From Octopus bimaculoides (lineage: Eukaryota): a DNA stretch of 64,000 nt. The notes beneath the pieces are model-generated. The model saw only the letters and a program-made list of their open reading frames with translations, did not search any database and was not told the DNA's origin. The stretch covers positions 85,138,166 through 85,202,165 of the forward strand of contig NC_068986.1 in NCBI RefSeq assembly GCF_001194135.2. The letters are read 5' to 3'. This document shows positions 25,240 to 37,877 of this stretch, piece by piece; the first letter of the stretch is position 1; the number at the start of each line of letters is the position of its first letter. The position numbers and the translations under genes are program-made.

Positions 25240-25900
25240 ATCAAAAGAGCAAATGTATTCAATAAAATCACCATTGGCTTCCACCACCGCCTCCAGACGA
25301 CTTCGGAATCTCCTACAACTTCTTCTGGACGGCCTCCTTGTTTAAGTTGGTGAATGATGCCATAATCCTTGTCTTCAGTTCATCTTTGGTCTTACAAGGA
25401 GCTTTTTCAGTTTCTCGTTCAACTACGCTCCACACATAATAATCAGGGTGTTTGCAGTCTGGGGAGTCGGGTGGACAGATGTTAGGGGTGATGTGGGTGC
25501 AGAAATCTTCTGACAGCCATGACTGCTGGGTTCTCCTGTTTTTGTGGCAGGGTGCAGAGTCCTTTTGCCAGATATAGTGTCTCCCATCAGACACCGTCTT
25601 GACCCAGGGCAGCACTACCTCCTCCAGGAACTTAATATAGGCCTCCATGTTGTGTCTGAGGCTGTGTAAAGATAAATGGAGGCATAACGTCACCATCACA
25701 ATTGATCACTCCAAACACCATGATGTTCACTGGATGTTTGATTTTTATCACTCTCGGTGCATTGCCCAAGCACTTGAAAATGTTCTTATTGGAGCTTCCG
25801 GCGCGAATGCTAAGCAGTACAGCATGTCATTTTCAAATTCCTGGCAAAGTGAAGTAAGTCACGGTGCTGCTTTTGTCACTGGCAGTGCCCAACGGACCCT
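25240..25900 (-). mobile_element. Tc1/mariner superfamily (maT/DD37D-like) transposase relic, internally deleted
   Basis: KHPVNIMVFGVINCDGDVMPPFIF, EAYIKFLEEVVLPW, WQKDSAPCH and CPPDSPDCKHPDYYVW; C-terminal RFRSRLEAVVEANGDFIE in another frame. Confidence 0.85.
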
Positions 25901-26124
25901 ACTATACTGTTTAGTCAACAAGATCAAAAACAAACAATTCGAGTGCGCCAAATTACATATAAGAAATGTATATATAAATAGATAGATATATAATGATATA
26001 AATAATATATAAATATGTGCATATATCCATACATATATGTATATATACATCTATATGTATATATACATCTATATGTACATCTATATGTATATATACATCT
26101 ATATGTATATATACATGCATATAT

Positions 26125-26400
26125 GGGTACAAGACATGAAAGAAACGTTAAACACAATGAGAAACGGAAATATAAAAACAGAAACATAGAAAACGAACTT
26201 TTTTCGAACAACGAAAAAAACAAACAGAGAAACGAGACATGCAACATAAAGAGTACACCCCTTCGTCAGTTGTCCCTGTTCCATCTACTCCGCGTTTCGA
26301 AGGCAAGGACAATACGTGACTTCGTTGAAACAGTCCTTCTCGCAAAGCAAATTAAATGAAATTTGGGATTTTTTGAGGAGGGTGAAAGTGTTAACAAGAA
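26125..26400. repeat. Interspersed repeat (probable PLE pseudo-LTR derivative)
   Basis: Its start (GGGTACAAGAC..AAACACAATGAGAAACGG) recurs at about 33385-33450. It has minus-strand GAAAC and CTGACGA motifs. Confidence 0.45.
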
Positions 26401-26489
26401 AAAGACTATTTTCTCTCCCACCCTTTCCCTATCCTTTTCCCCCCTTTCACCGTTTCACCTCTCTCTCTCACTCTTCCTCCTTGACTTGG

Positions 26490-27170
26490 GAACTCTGCTA
26501 AAGAGACAGTGAGCATGCTTAGCATGCTCACAGGGACGAGACAAGCTCACGGCGACGGGTCGTACGCAATGTTTCGAGTGGCGCTTCAAAAGTGCAAGAA
26601 CATCCCTGGAAAATGATGAGCGATTTGAAAGACCGGCCACGAGCGTCATCCCCGGAAATGTGGAATTGTGCATCAAGAATTCATCCTCCAAAGTCAGACT
26701 GTGAATTGAGAGTTCTACTGCGACATTTTGAAGCGTTTGAGGAAGGACATTCGGTGAAAGCGACCGGATCTGCGGTATTTGAAGAATTGGATTCTTCACG
26801 ACGACAATGCACCCTCTCATCAAGCTCCACTCACTCATGAGTTTCTTGCCGAAAGTAACATGGTGTCGCTTCCGCACCTGCCCTATTCGCCATATTTAGT
26901 ACCTGCGGACGTTCAGCTATTTTCCTAGATAAAAATGCAGCTCAATAGTCACCTTTTGAACACCGTTGTCGAGATCCAGAGTGAGTCGTAGAAGATCCTT
27001 GACTCACTTACGGAAAGCGACTTCCAGGCCAGATTCCAAAATTGGCAGGAACGCTGGGACCGGTGTTTACGCAAGGTGAATATTTCGAAGGAGACGATGT
27101 TAAAACTTAGGTAAGGTTTTTTTTCAAAAAAACATAACTAGTCCTGGGAGGTTTTGATACCACTTCGTAC
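26490..27170 (+). mobile_element. mariner (DD34D) transposase pseudogene with right TIR
   Basis: The N-terminal HTH-region remnant SLENDERFERPATSV is followed by an internal deletion, then HDDNAPSH..LPHLPYSPYLVPAD..WQERWDRC..GEYFEGD. Ends GGTTTTGATACCACTTCGTA. Confidence 0.88.
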
Positions 27171-28229
27171 TAAAATCTAAGCTAAAATAATGTGGTGATG
27201 TAAAAAATAAATTTATACCTCTTTTACTCTTTTACTCTTTTACTTGTTTCAGTCATTTGACTGCAGTCATGCTGGAGCACTGCCTTTAAGAAAATATGCC
27301 ATTAATTTTTGAAGGTCTTTAAAAAAAAGACACCAATCCCGTACGGTGGGTTTGCGATACTGTTAGAACACTGCAGAATTTGCTTTGTGGTATGCGTTCT
27401 AGACATTTGTGTTTTGAGAACAACCTTTGCAACGATACATTCGTACCATGTCGTATTGATCCTAAAGCAGCAGCCTTTCCTTTGGACAAAATCGGGTCCT
27501 TAGAGAGTTACAGCTTGTATGTAGTGGAAACTGCAAGTTATAGACAAAAAGTAAATCTCACTCAAGCCTGCACGTCCAAGAGTAAATATGTGGTCCACCT
27601 TATCCCACAATCTTAGTTTAAATCTTGCCGAGATTAACTTTGTTGTTGTTTTTTTATCGTTTAGGGATCAATAAAAACTTCTAATCCTAGTCGGTGGATT
27701 GGTGGAAGTGTTAGAATGACTGACAAAATACCATGATCGAAGGATATCGCAGACGTTTCAGTGATGATATTACTTTGAGAGTCCTCTTATTCTATCTTTA
27801 ATCTTATATTCAGTGTCAACATCTTGAAGTGCTATTTTCATCGAACGAATCGATCCCAGTACTTCTTTTTTAAAGCCTGGTAATATTCTATTGGCCTATT
27901 TCGCCGAGTCGCTATGTAACGGGCATGTGAACAAACTAACACTAGTTGTCAAGCGGTAGGGGTGAGGATTGTGCACAAACCCAAATCCGCAACACAAATA
28001 CTCATACACCCATAGATATATAAATATACACGTATGTTTCAAAGATTAAGCAGAAGCAAGTACAACATAGAATGAATGGAAAATTCACATACAAGGCATG
28101 AACAAGATCGTTTCTCGTCAGCTATCGTCCAAAATCATTAATGTTTCACGCCTTTAATGACTATATTGTTAATTTTTGGTGGACTCAACAGTAAAAAGCT
28201 GTCGATAATAGTCAGTAAATAACTACAGG

Positions 28230-28380
28230 CATCTTTCATTTTCCATCAAAGAAATCCACACAAGTTTTGGCCGGCTCGGTTGTATAGTAGAAGAGATTTT
28301 GCCCACGGTACTACACAGTGACTGAACCTAGGTCCAAATGGTTAAGCAGCAAGCTTGTTATTACACAGTCATGTCTGCGC
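28230..28380 (-). mobile_element. SINE family B head, degenerate
   Basis: CTTTCATTTTCCATC..AAATCCAC..GTAGAAGA..ACTGAACC..TTACACAGTCATGTCTGCGC. Confidence 0.6.
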
Positions 28381-28425
28381 AGTTTTTTCTCACAGAAAGG
28401 AAGTTTTAAGATTTTTGTTTTTTAC

Positions 28426-28473
<48 letters not shown>

Positions 28474-30399
28474 CGGGAACACTAAATTATACTGATCTCA
28501 GTACTAGACTGGTTATTCATTTTATCGTGTTCGGAAGGATACACATTAGTATCGATATATCTATACGGGAGAGTTCTTTTTAAACTAATTAAATAAAGAT
28601 TTTGTTACGATATCATATTAATATACAAAACACCATATAATAACCACGAGACATGTGGAGGATTATCTTATAATATTGTATTGATATTAATACGATAGCA
28701 TAAGCATATCATATTGATACTACCATAATTATATTACGTTATTAAAACATCGCCATAGTCACGGTATTTGAGTCTAATGATATCACAATGATATCGAGAT
28801 GTATCATTAGTTATTAAAAAAAAATCTGCTGCGATAATCGTCATGTCAACGAAAAGGAAATCGCAAGGAAAAAAATGCAATGTTATTTATTGGATCTGGG
28901 ATATAGCTAAATAAATAGTAATCTTCAACACATATTTCACCTCACATTTCTCTCAGCACACATTTCCTCTTACATATAATTTACACATAATCCTTCGCAC
29001 AATTCTACTCTTATAATGCACACTAACATTACTACAAAACTGCAATGCACTTCACTCTCTCTTATCGCCCCCTCCACTCTTTCTCGCTCTTTGTCGTTAT
29101 TTATCTTACTCATGCTACTTCTAACATATATATATATAAACACATGCATGTACGCAAAACCACATTCACGAGTGTTCTCAAACACTCAAACACACATCTG
29201 CAAACACATGCACACACGCAAAGAAACACAGTATATGGCTACGTGTATGTTTTTATACACACACGCATACACACGTATATAATCTTACGTGTTTGTGTGT
29301 CTAGATGTGTACATTTTGAAATATATATAAGATAAGATTTCAATATGTTTGTGTATGTGTATGTGTGTCCGAGTAAGCGCATGTATGTAACCTGTGTTAT
29401 GTGTTGGTGAATGCATATGAGATTTCGTATGTGTGAATGTGCATGTGTGTATGCATGTGTATATATGTGTGTATGCGTGTATGTGTATGCATATTTTAAT
29501 ATGAATGACTGCACATGTACTGTCCGTTTGAGACTGTGAATCTCCTTTCTCTCCTTCTCTCTCTCTCATTCCTTTCTTTCTCTATTCGATATCTCCCTCC
29601 TTCTCTCTTTCATCATACAGTATTCACTGAGCAACTTGCGTATGATTCCAAAAAGTTCAGCTAGTCTTCATAAACGGAGGAAATGATGTATATGATGTGC
29701 ATTAAGCAAAAATTCTGATCATACGGGACATCCATTCTTAATGATTTTGTTCCAGTCATTAATGAAGCTTGCGAAAAATAATTGAAAAACGAAAACTGAC
29801 TGCATCCAATTCAGATGAGCAGCCAATAGAATCTACTAAATCCTGTCACGTGCTAACGATAATCTCTGAAACGCGTCAGTGAGATTTAAAGGATAAATTC
29901 GAGGTGCATTTATTACGACGGTTTAACACAACATGTAGATGATGAGTTTGTAAAGAAGATATGGTGAAAGAAGAAGAGAGATGGGAAAACATAGATATAA
30001 GTTGACAAAGATGATGATAGATGTGACTGCGTGTAAGAGACGGGGCTAGAGGAATACGGTTGTGCGGCTCTACGGAGATTATGGAGAATATGGAGAACAA
30101 ATGAAAGAATTTGGTAGTCAGACTTGTTTTGTGTGAGCTGACTTTGTTATGATTAACACGACACATATCATACCGTATAAACTACTGCTGCATCCAGAGC
30201 AAATATGAAGGATATTGTACATCCACATCCACATGGACATGCACATTAATACACATATGTATATATACATACACATGCTACACACGTACATACATACATA
30301 TGCATACATATGTATGTATGTATGTATGTATGCATATATGTATGTATATATGTGTTTGTATATATATATGTATATATATACTTGTATGTATTTATGTAT

Positions 30400-30590
30400 G
30401 GTGGAAGCACGTGGCTTAGTGGTAAGGATCGTTGCACTCGTGATCGCAAAGTCGACGTTACGATTCGTGGACCTTGCGATGCGCTGTGTTCTTCAGCTAA
30501 ACATATTTTCCGTTCTATCTGTCTGCTCAGCTGAGGAAAATGAGTAATCTTGCTATCGACTCTGGTCTCCCATTGATAGATGGGGTTTAT
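30400..30590 (+). mobile_element. tRNA-derived SINE (family D), degenerate
   Basis: GTGGCTTAGTGGTAAG head followed by TGTGTTCTT..CTCAGCTG..AAAATGAGTA. Confidence 0.55.
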
Positions 30591-30720
30591 ATATGTTACA
30601 GAATTCATGAAACTGGCTATATGAACCTATGAGTTTAGAAGAACCTTTGATCTGTGTTTTCCCTATGTATGTATAGAAAGAGATCAAGATGAATATATAC
30701 ATACATACACACACACACGC

Positions 30721-30775
<55 letters not shown>

Positions 30776-30783
30776 CATACATA

Positions 30784-31091
30784 TAAGAGGGATGACCACT
30801 AAGTAAACATCCATTTTGCTCGAAGTAGACGACCTATGGACTGACCACTTAGAAAAAATTGTTCTAAATTGATATTGATCAAATTAATATTCAATTTTTC
30901 ACCCATATTATTTTTAATTTATATATAAATATATATATATATATATGTATNNNNNNNNNNNNNNNNNNNNNNNNNNNNNNNNNNNNNNNNNNNNNNNNNN
31001 NNNNNNNNNNNNNNNNNNNNNNNNNNNNNNNNNNNNNNNNNNNNNNNNNNNNNNNNNNNNNNNNNNNNNNNNNNNNNNNNNNNNNNNNNNN

Positions 31092-31156
<65 letters not shown>

Positions 31157-31554
31157 ATATATGTGTGTGTATATATATATATGTATATATATATGGAGAG
31201 AGAGACAGACAGAGACAGAGAGAGATGCACGGTATAATAATAGTATAAAAAGGTGAAATAATGAATTGTCTAATATGCATTCTGTCACACATATACACGA
31301 ATTCCATACTCACAACGCTTACACACATACTCTTTACCATATCGATATGTATAACATTGAAAAAATCCATATATATAAGTGTGTGTGTGTATGTGTGTGT
31401 GTCTGTGTGTGTCTGTGTGTGTCTGTGTGTGTGTCTGTGTGTGTCTGTGTGTGTGTGTATAGAAGTGAAAGTTTGTGTGTGTGTTTGTGTATATGCATGA
31501 ATATACATCTATTTCTAGCATATAGGAGTCCACTTTTGCTGGTCATCCCTCTTA
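30784..31554. mobile_element. MITE with 15-bp terminal inverted repeats including terminal TA, inflated by internal (TA)n/(TG)n
   Basis: TAAGAGGGATGACCA at 30784-30798 is the exact reverse complement of TGGTCATCCCTCTTA at 31540-31554. Confidence 0.7.
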
Positions 31555-31699
31555 TTTTTGTATGTATGAATATGTGTATGAATGAATATATACACACACT
31601 CACACGTAGGCACGAACACACGCACACATATTATACACAATATATAATATATGGCATCACACATTATATATAGAGATACGAACATACAGAGACACTATT

Positions 31700-32490
31700 C
31701 TCCCTGTTATTCAAACTTTCGGATCTTGTTCAAAACGGGGGCACCAGTTTTCATTTATGTTTTATGTAGTGTTTTTGGTACCGAAAGACTTTCAAACTTC
31801 GTATACTTATCTATTTTGTGTTATAGAACAGAAAAAAATTTTTGTATTCGGATTTATTTCATGTAAAAAATTGTCTTATTTCGATAATTTCAACCAATCA
31901 CTGACAAGTATTCAGCTGTTTACAGTTACTCCTAAGCGGTGTAAAGCGTATTCAATCTCCATTACTTCTGACATTTTGCAGAGGCAACACACGTGTGTTC
32001 GTTTTACCTAACCCTAACCCTAACCCTAACCCTAACCCTAATCGACTTGCTCCTTCCCGCAAAAACCATGCCTTGTGCCNNNNNNNNNNNNNNNNNNNNN
32101 NNNNNNNNNNNNNNNNNNNNNNNNNNNNNNNNNNNNNNNNNNNNNNNNNNNNNNNNNNNNNNNNNNNNNNNNNNNNNNNNNNNNNNNNNNNNNNNNNNNN
32201 NNNNNNNNNNACAAGGAAATAATAATTTTATCACCGCCAAAATCGTTTGACAATCGTTTGTTTACGTAGTCAACACTTACTGTTATTCGGCTGAATGGAC
32301 GTCAGTCATTGGTTGAAATTACAGAAATACGACAACTTTAACATGAAATAACTTGCGATGTACGTTTTTTTTGTTAAGAAGACTAAGAGAAAAAGATGTT
32401 TTATATGACACATTCTACCAGTGTCCCAAGTCTCAAAGTGTTTCGTTAAGAAAATACTGGTGCCCCCGTTTTGAACACGATCCAAACTTT
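31700..32490. mobile_element. Diverged inverted-repeat element enclosing (TAACCC)5
   Basis: GGATCTTGTTCAAAACGGGGGCACCAGT (about 31711) pairs with ACTGGTGCCCCCGTTTTGAACACGATCC (about 32457). A second block, AATTTCAACCAATCACTGAC, pairs with GTCAGTCATTGGTTGAAATT. Confidence 0.75.
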
Positions 32491-32696
32491 CTCTCCCCTC
32501 CTTTCTTTCCATCATTCCCTGCACGCGGATGCGCGTGTGCTCGTGGCGTAGTGTAGTATAAATGCCTATAACACATACTAAGTAATATTTTCCTTGCTGA
32601 AATATTTTGTGGTACACATCAAAATATCAAAAACACTTTCTAATATTTCAGGGACGATTGACTCATATTCAATGTTTTAATACGATACTAAGTATA

Positions 32697-32850
32697 AAGG
32701 CGGCGAGCTGGCAGAAACATTAGCACACGTGCGAAATGCTTAAAGGTATTTCGTCTGTCTCTTCGTTCTGAGTTCAAATTCTGTCGAGGTCGACTTTGCC
32801 CTTCATCCTTTCGGAGTCGACAAACTAAGTAGCAGTTTCGTACTGGGGTC
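32697..32850 (+). mobile_element. SINE family A, 5' part
   Basis: AGGCGGCGAGCTGGCAGAAAC..TTCTGAGTTCAAATTC..GAGGTCGACTTTGCC.TTCATCCTTTCGG. Confidence 0.85.
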
Positions 32851-33214
32851 AAATGAAGAGTATATATATATATATATATATATTATTATGATGTCTGCAG
32901 AGAGTCATTCTCTTTTAGTGCCTTAATATTTAACACACTCACCGGTTCGATTTACACTCATGTAGTCTGGCAATCTTTTCAATAGTCGTTGACACTGTCC
33001 GTAATCAGAACAGCGTTCTTTTTGTTTGTTTGTGTGCATGTGTGTGTCACTGTGCATGTGTATACATGTATATATGTATGTGTGTAGGAATGTATGTGTG
33101 TATGAATGTATATATGTTTGTATGTGTGTATGCATGTATGTATGCATATATATCTATAACTATCTATCAATCTATCTAACTATATATATATATATATNNN
33201 NNNNNNNNNNNTAT

Positions 33215-33262
<48 letters not shown>

Positions 33263-33849
33263 AACTTACTTGGAAAAGGATGCGTGGCGTTCGATCATAT
33301 AATAATATAAATAACATATGAATATATGTATATATACATACATATATGTATATACCTGCATACATATGTATATATACATGCATATATGGATACACGACAT
33401 CAATGAACGTAAACAAAATGAGAAACGAAAACATAAATAACAAAAAACATGGGAAACGCTACATTTCATGGCGTTGGGACAGCGGCAGATAACATCATTA
33501 AAAATGTATATAAATTTTAGAGCATTTATTCAATACATTTCCTTGCGGATGTAATTTCGAGCATATATATCAGTGATACATATTTCATTTGCTGCTGTAA
33601 TCGTTGTTTAGTCCCTGGTCAATCTGTCTATAGCAAATCTTGATCAAATTCATTTTAACCATATGTAAAGTATATATGAAAATTATTTCATTCTAGATGC
33701 TCTTTTGAAGATACTTGGATTTGGTTTCTTTAATGTTTTGCTTTTGTGAACCAAAATGTCGTTGCTTGTAGATTTTAAGTGGCTTATAGTTGGTGAACTA
33801 CTTCTTTATTAGCGCAAGAGCAAAAAGCGTTTTGCTTTCGGCGCTTAAC

Positions 33850-34330
33850 TACGTGTATATCTCGTTAGTCGTGTAAACCTTGCGAAGTTTCTTCCAAATT
33901 GTTGAAACTGAGTTCAGGCAACTCCGGTCCAGAATGTAAGTCTTGGCATTGGGTGTTGATAAACAATGCGCAAACATGAATATACTGGTCCTTGTAGCAC
34001 GTTGTCTCTGTTAATGTGTTGCTAGTAACATCAAGAAATCTGATGGATTAAACATAATATTTTGGTTAGTGTTTATACCGATGAATGAAAAGACCACTCA
34101 TTCACATTTGTCTTTAAAATTTTCAAGAGAAACACCATCTAAATTCTCAACAATCAATAGATTAATCTCAGGAGATCTTGGCCTCCTTATCTGTTCTGCT
34201 TGTATCTGTAACTCTTTAGGGGATACATAACAAGTAACTCGATCATCAAATCATAAATGCTCTTCTGAAATAATGCCTGCGTAAGACACCTCTCAGGGAA
34301 CATTGGAGACACTCACCGCATTTACTGAAT
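33850..34330 (-). mobile_element. Possible very degenerate RTE-type RT remnant
   Basis: Only weak motifs (VNEW.., VLQGPV..) resembling the GVxQG region of RT; heavily interrupted. Confidence 0.25.
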
Positions 34331-35035
34331 CTATATAAATGCATGCGAAGATTGTCAGGGGACTTATTGGGTTTATGTAATCACAAGATAAATATCGTTG
34401 AGTGCCACCCACTCAATATCAACTTTTTTGTTCATTTTTACGTTGAATTCAGCAACCCACGCAAACAATGTTTGAAAAGTGTAAACACACACCCGCACGC
34501 ACTACGCACACACACGATCACACCCACACGCACCCCCCCACACACACACGTACATGCTCATATATGGGTTTGTACGTATATTGTTTACAAATTTTGCATT
34601 GACATTTTCATGATCACTAAACAAACGGCATAGTTTCTAAGATATTTACTGAAAATCTTGAAACAATGTGAGAAATGAAATGACGTCAAATGTAGCAATC
34701 AAAAAGATTCCCAAAGTCTGTGAAGAAGAACAATTATCTGTCATTGAGTTGGTATTGTTGTCATTTGAAACAGAACAGGAAATAGTGGTATTTAGATTCC
34801 TTTTGTTAACTAAAAATATTCCAACAATAAGAGACACAATTGTTTCAAGCATGAAGACAATGAATATATTTATAGCCTTTATTTAACAGAAGAATTAAAA
34901 ATTATATTTCTTCAACAAGCACAAATACATACATACATACATACATACATACGTGTGTATATATATATGTGTGTGTGTGTATGTGTGTGTATATGTATAT
35001 ATATATATATATAGATGTATATATATATATATATA

Positions 35036-35092
<57 letters not shown>

Positions 35093-35574
35093 CACACACA
35101 CACACACACCCATATGCACGCATGTGCGTACATCTGTGTATGCATGTACCTGAGTGTATATTATTCGGTAAATTATGCATGAACATGCAGCGTTGATATT
35201 AATCAAAGTATGTCGCGTATTCACCTTCGCTATTGGTGAGTAGCTGTTGATACATATACCAAGTTAATTTAAATTACAAACAATGATGATTATTTTCTAT
35301 GTATTCCTAATGTGTTTTGTTATGATGGCTGTAAGCCTTATCAACGGAACTTTTGTGGAAACGGTTTAAAATTTTAATAAGAAGTACTGTATATTATAAG
35401 CTACAAAGATAAGAAAAAAACTGATCTATGCGCTTCATAGATCTGTGCTAAAATTATATCCGAGTCATTGATATCCCTAATTTCAATAAAATAAATCCTA
35501 ATCATGGACATTAGCTCTTTTAGTTGCGCCTCCGCTATTCCCACCGATCCCATCTCCACGTCCTAAAAAAAAAA

Positions 35575-35635
<61 letters not shown>

Positions 35636-35638
<3 letters not shown>

Positions 35639-35858
35639 CAGGACTTACAAATATATATAACATACAGAAAATTGCACTATTGAGCACTGCACACATCCTA
35701 CGCAAAACGCTTTCAATACATCCTTGGGGATGTGCTGTGGTTTGCTGTGATGCTCTTATCGTTATAAGAGCATCACAGCAAACCACAGCACATCCCCAAG
35801 GCACACAGAGCTACGCTCGGTAGTGAAGTGAAAGCACGTTATAATAATAAAACTACTG

Positions 35859-35870
<12 letters not shown>
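35636..35870 (+). mobile_element. 3' tip of an R4/Dong-like LINE between (AAT)n tracts
   Basis: IPGLTNIYNIQKIALLSTAHILRKTLSI resembles the RLE C-terminus, followed by a 3' UTR. Flanked by (AAT)n at 35576-35635 and (AAC)n(AAT)n at 35860-35950. Confidence 0.75.
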
Positions 35871-35947
<77 letters not shown>

Positions 35948-36564
35948 TAATATTCTTCAGGCAAAACAAAAAGCACAACTAAAATTATTTCGGATGGAAT
36001 TTTGGAAACAGGATGACTATCTCATCGTAGAACAACATAACAGAAACAGTCTTAAGAGGCCAGGGCTAATGTTCGTTTCTTTTCTCTTTTTGCTTCGGTT
36101 GAGACAGTTGACATCTTACTTTCACACAACAAGATCAGTTTTAATCTCTCGACATATAATTGCAAATGAAAGAAGTCGTGAAATGAAAAAAGAAAATCTC
36201 ATTTTACTTTTCCACACCTAAGTAAATTTAACAATCCAGACTCTAGTGAAAATAATTAAATATTTATCCCCTCATTGCTACTTACCAGATGGTTGTCACA
36301 ACTTGAGCTGTGGGAGATTTTCTGCTAAGTTTTACGTTTACGATGTATTTCAATTCAGAAATTGTATACGCCAAAAATACACAGAACTATGTGTATATGA
36401 ATGTACACATGTATGCATTTTGCTTCTTGTTTAATTTCTCGAGTTTCTCACCACTGGAGAAAGAGCTGGTTTCTTGCATAGAAACAAATAGCTTCAATTG
36501 GAATTAATAAAACGTAAAACATAGTAGAAAAGTATCTATTTGCATACTCATGTATACATGGATT

Positions 36565-36800
36565 CGTCGTGTCATTCCGTCGGTTACGACGACGAGGGTT
36601 CCAGTGGAACCGATCAACGTAACAACTTGCTCGTGAAATTAACGTGCAAGTGGGTGAGCGCTCGACAGACACGCATACCCTTAACGGGAGCCCCGTGGAG
36701 TTTTATGTGTTTCTGCTCAATAAACACTCATGACGCCGGGTTCGGAAATCGAAACCGGGATCCTATGACCGAGAGTCTGCTTCCCTTAACCACTGCGCCA
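36565..36800 (-). mobile_element. tRNA-derived SINE (family C)
   Basis: Minus strand begins TGGCGCAGTGGTTAAGG..GGTCATAGGATCCCGGTTTCGATTTCCG (boxes A and B). Confidence 0.7.
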
Positions 36801-36846
36801 TTACACCTCCACTACATGGATTTGTACATGAATGCGCATACATGTA

Positions 36847-36877
<31 letters not shown>

Positions 36878-37029
36878 GTGCGCGCGTGTGTGTGTGTGTG
36901 TGTGTGTTAGTGTGGGTGTCTGTGTGCATGCGTCTGTGTGTGTCCCTTTCATTCAACCTCTTTCCTTTGGCTATTATCCCTACAACTTTTTTTTCAATCT
37001 CTCTCTTTTTTTTTCTCTTCTTTTAATCC

Positions 37030-37290
37030 TTTCTGTCGAAGAGCGTAGGCTTAAAACGTAAAAGACTTTTCCATTCTTCCCGAGAGTTAAACTAATACAC
37101 CTGCCTGTTATTCATACATCTGTCTTCGTCTTCTGTTTTCTGCAAATTTCAGCTAAATATGATATAGTTGAAATTTATAGAAAAACAGAAGACGAAGACA
37201 GGTGTATGAACAACAAGCAAGTGTATTAGTTAGACGCTCGGGAAATTGAAAAAGTCTTTTACCTTTCGAGCCTACGCTCGTCAACAGAAA
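37030..37290. repeat. ~260-bp imperfect palindrome
   Basis: The left arm GAGCGTAGGCTT..AAAAGACTTT..TCTTCGTCTTCTGTTTT..AAATTTCAGCTA pairs with the right arm TAGTTGAAATTT..AAAACAGAAGACGAAGA..AAAGTCTTTT..GAGCCTACGCTC. Centre near 37158. Confidence 0.9.
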
Positions 37291-37311
37291 AGAATAAGAG
37301 AAGTTAAACAC

Positions 37312-37356
<45 letters not shown>

Positions 37357-37359
<3 letters not shown>

Positions 37360-37467
37360 GATGTCCACAAAGTCTGGGTACATGAGGATTAACACATACT
37401 TTAAGAAATTATTATTTCTTATATTTAGTTGTTTATGTTATGATTTTATTTAATGCATGTACCCAGA
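37357..37467. mobile_element. Small Tc1-type MITE remnant at the end of a (TA)n tract
   Basis: TA-CAGGATGTCCACAAAGTCTGGGTACATG at the left and CATGTACCCAGA at 37456-37467 (truncated right TIR). Confidence 0.55.
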
Positions 37468-37826
37468 TTAAGTAGTAAAAGACAGCAGGTTAGGGGTAAA
37501 ACAAACAAGAGAAAATCTGAATCTACCTTCCTCTAAATTGAAATTACTGGTGTCTTACCACTCGAATTAGAATATATAGAAATTAAATTCATGTTTGATT
37601 CACTAGACTCTTGATTAACAGCCCAGTCAAGATGGTATTTTCTTCATCTCGAACTCTTGTATTTGCACACATCTACAAAATGACTTTGTGAAATGAACTT
37701 CCATTATGCAGCTGAGGAGTACATTATAATTGCACATCTTATGTTGTGTTCTCACTACATGAATAAATGAAGTTTGTACGAAACATACGTACTGCTATAA
37801 CCTAATGCGTTTTTGTTGCTTTTCTT

Positions 37827-37877
<51 letters not shown>

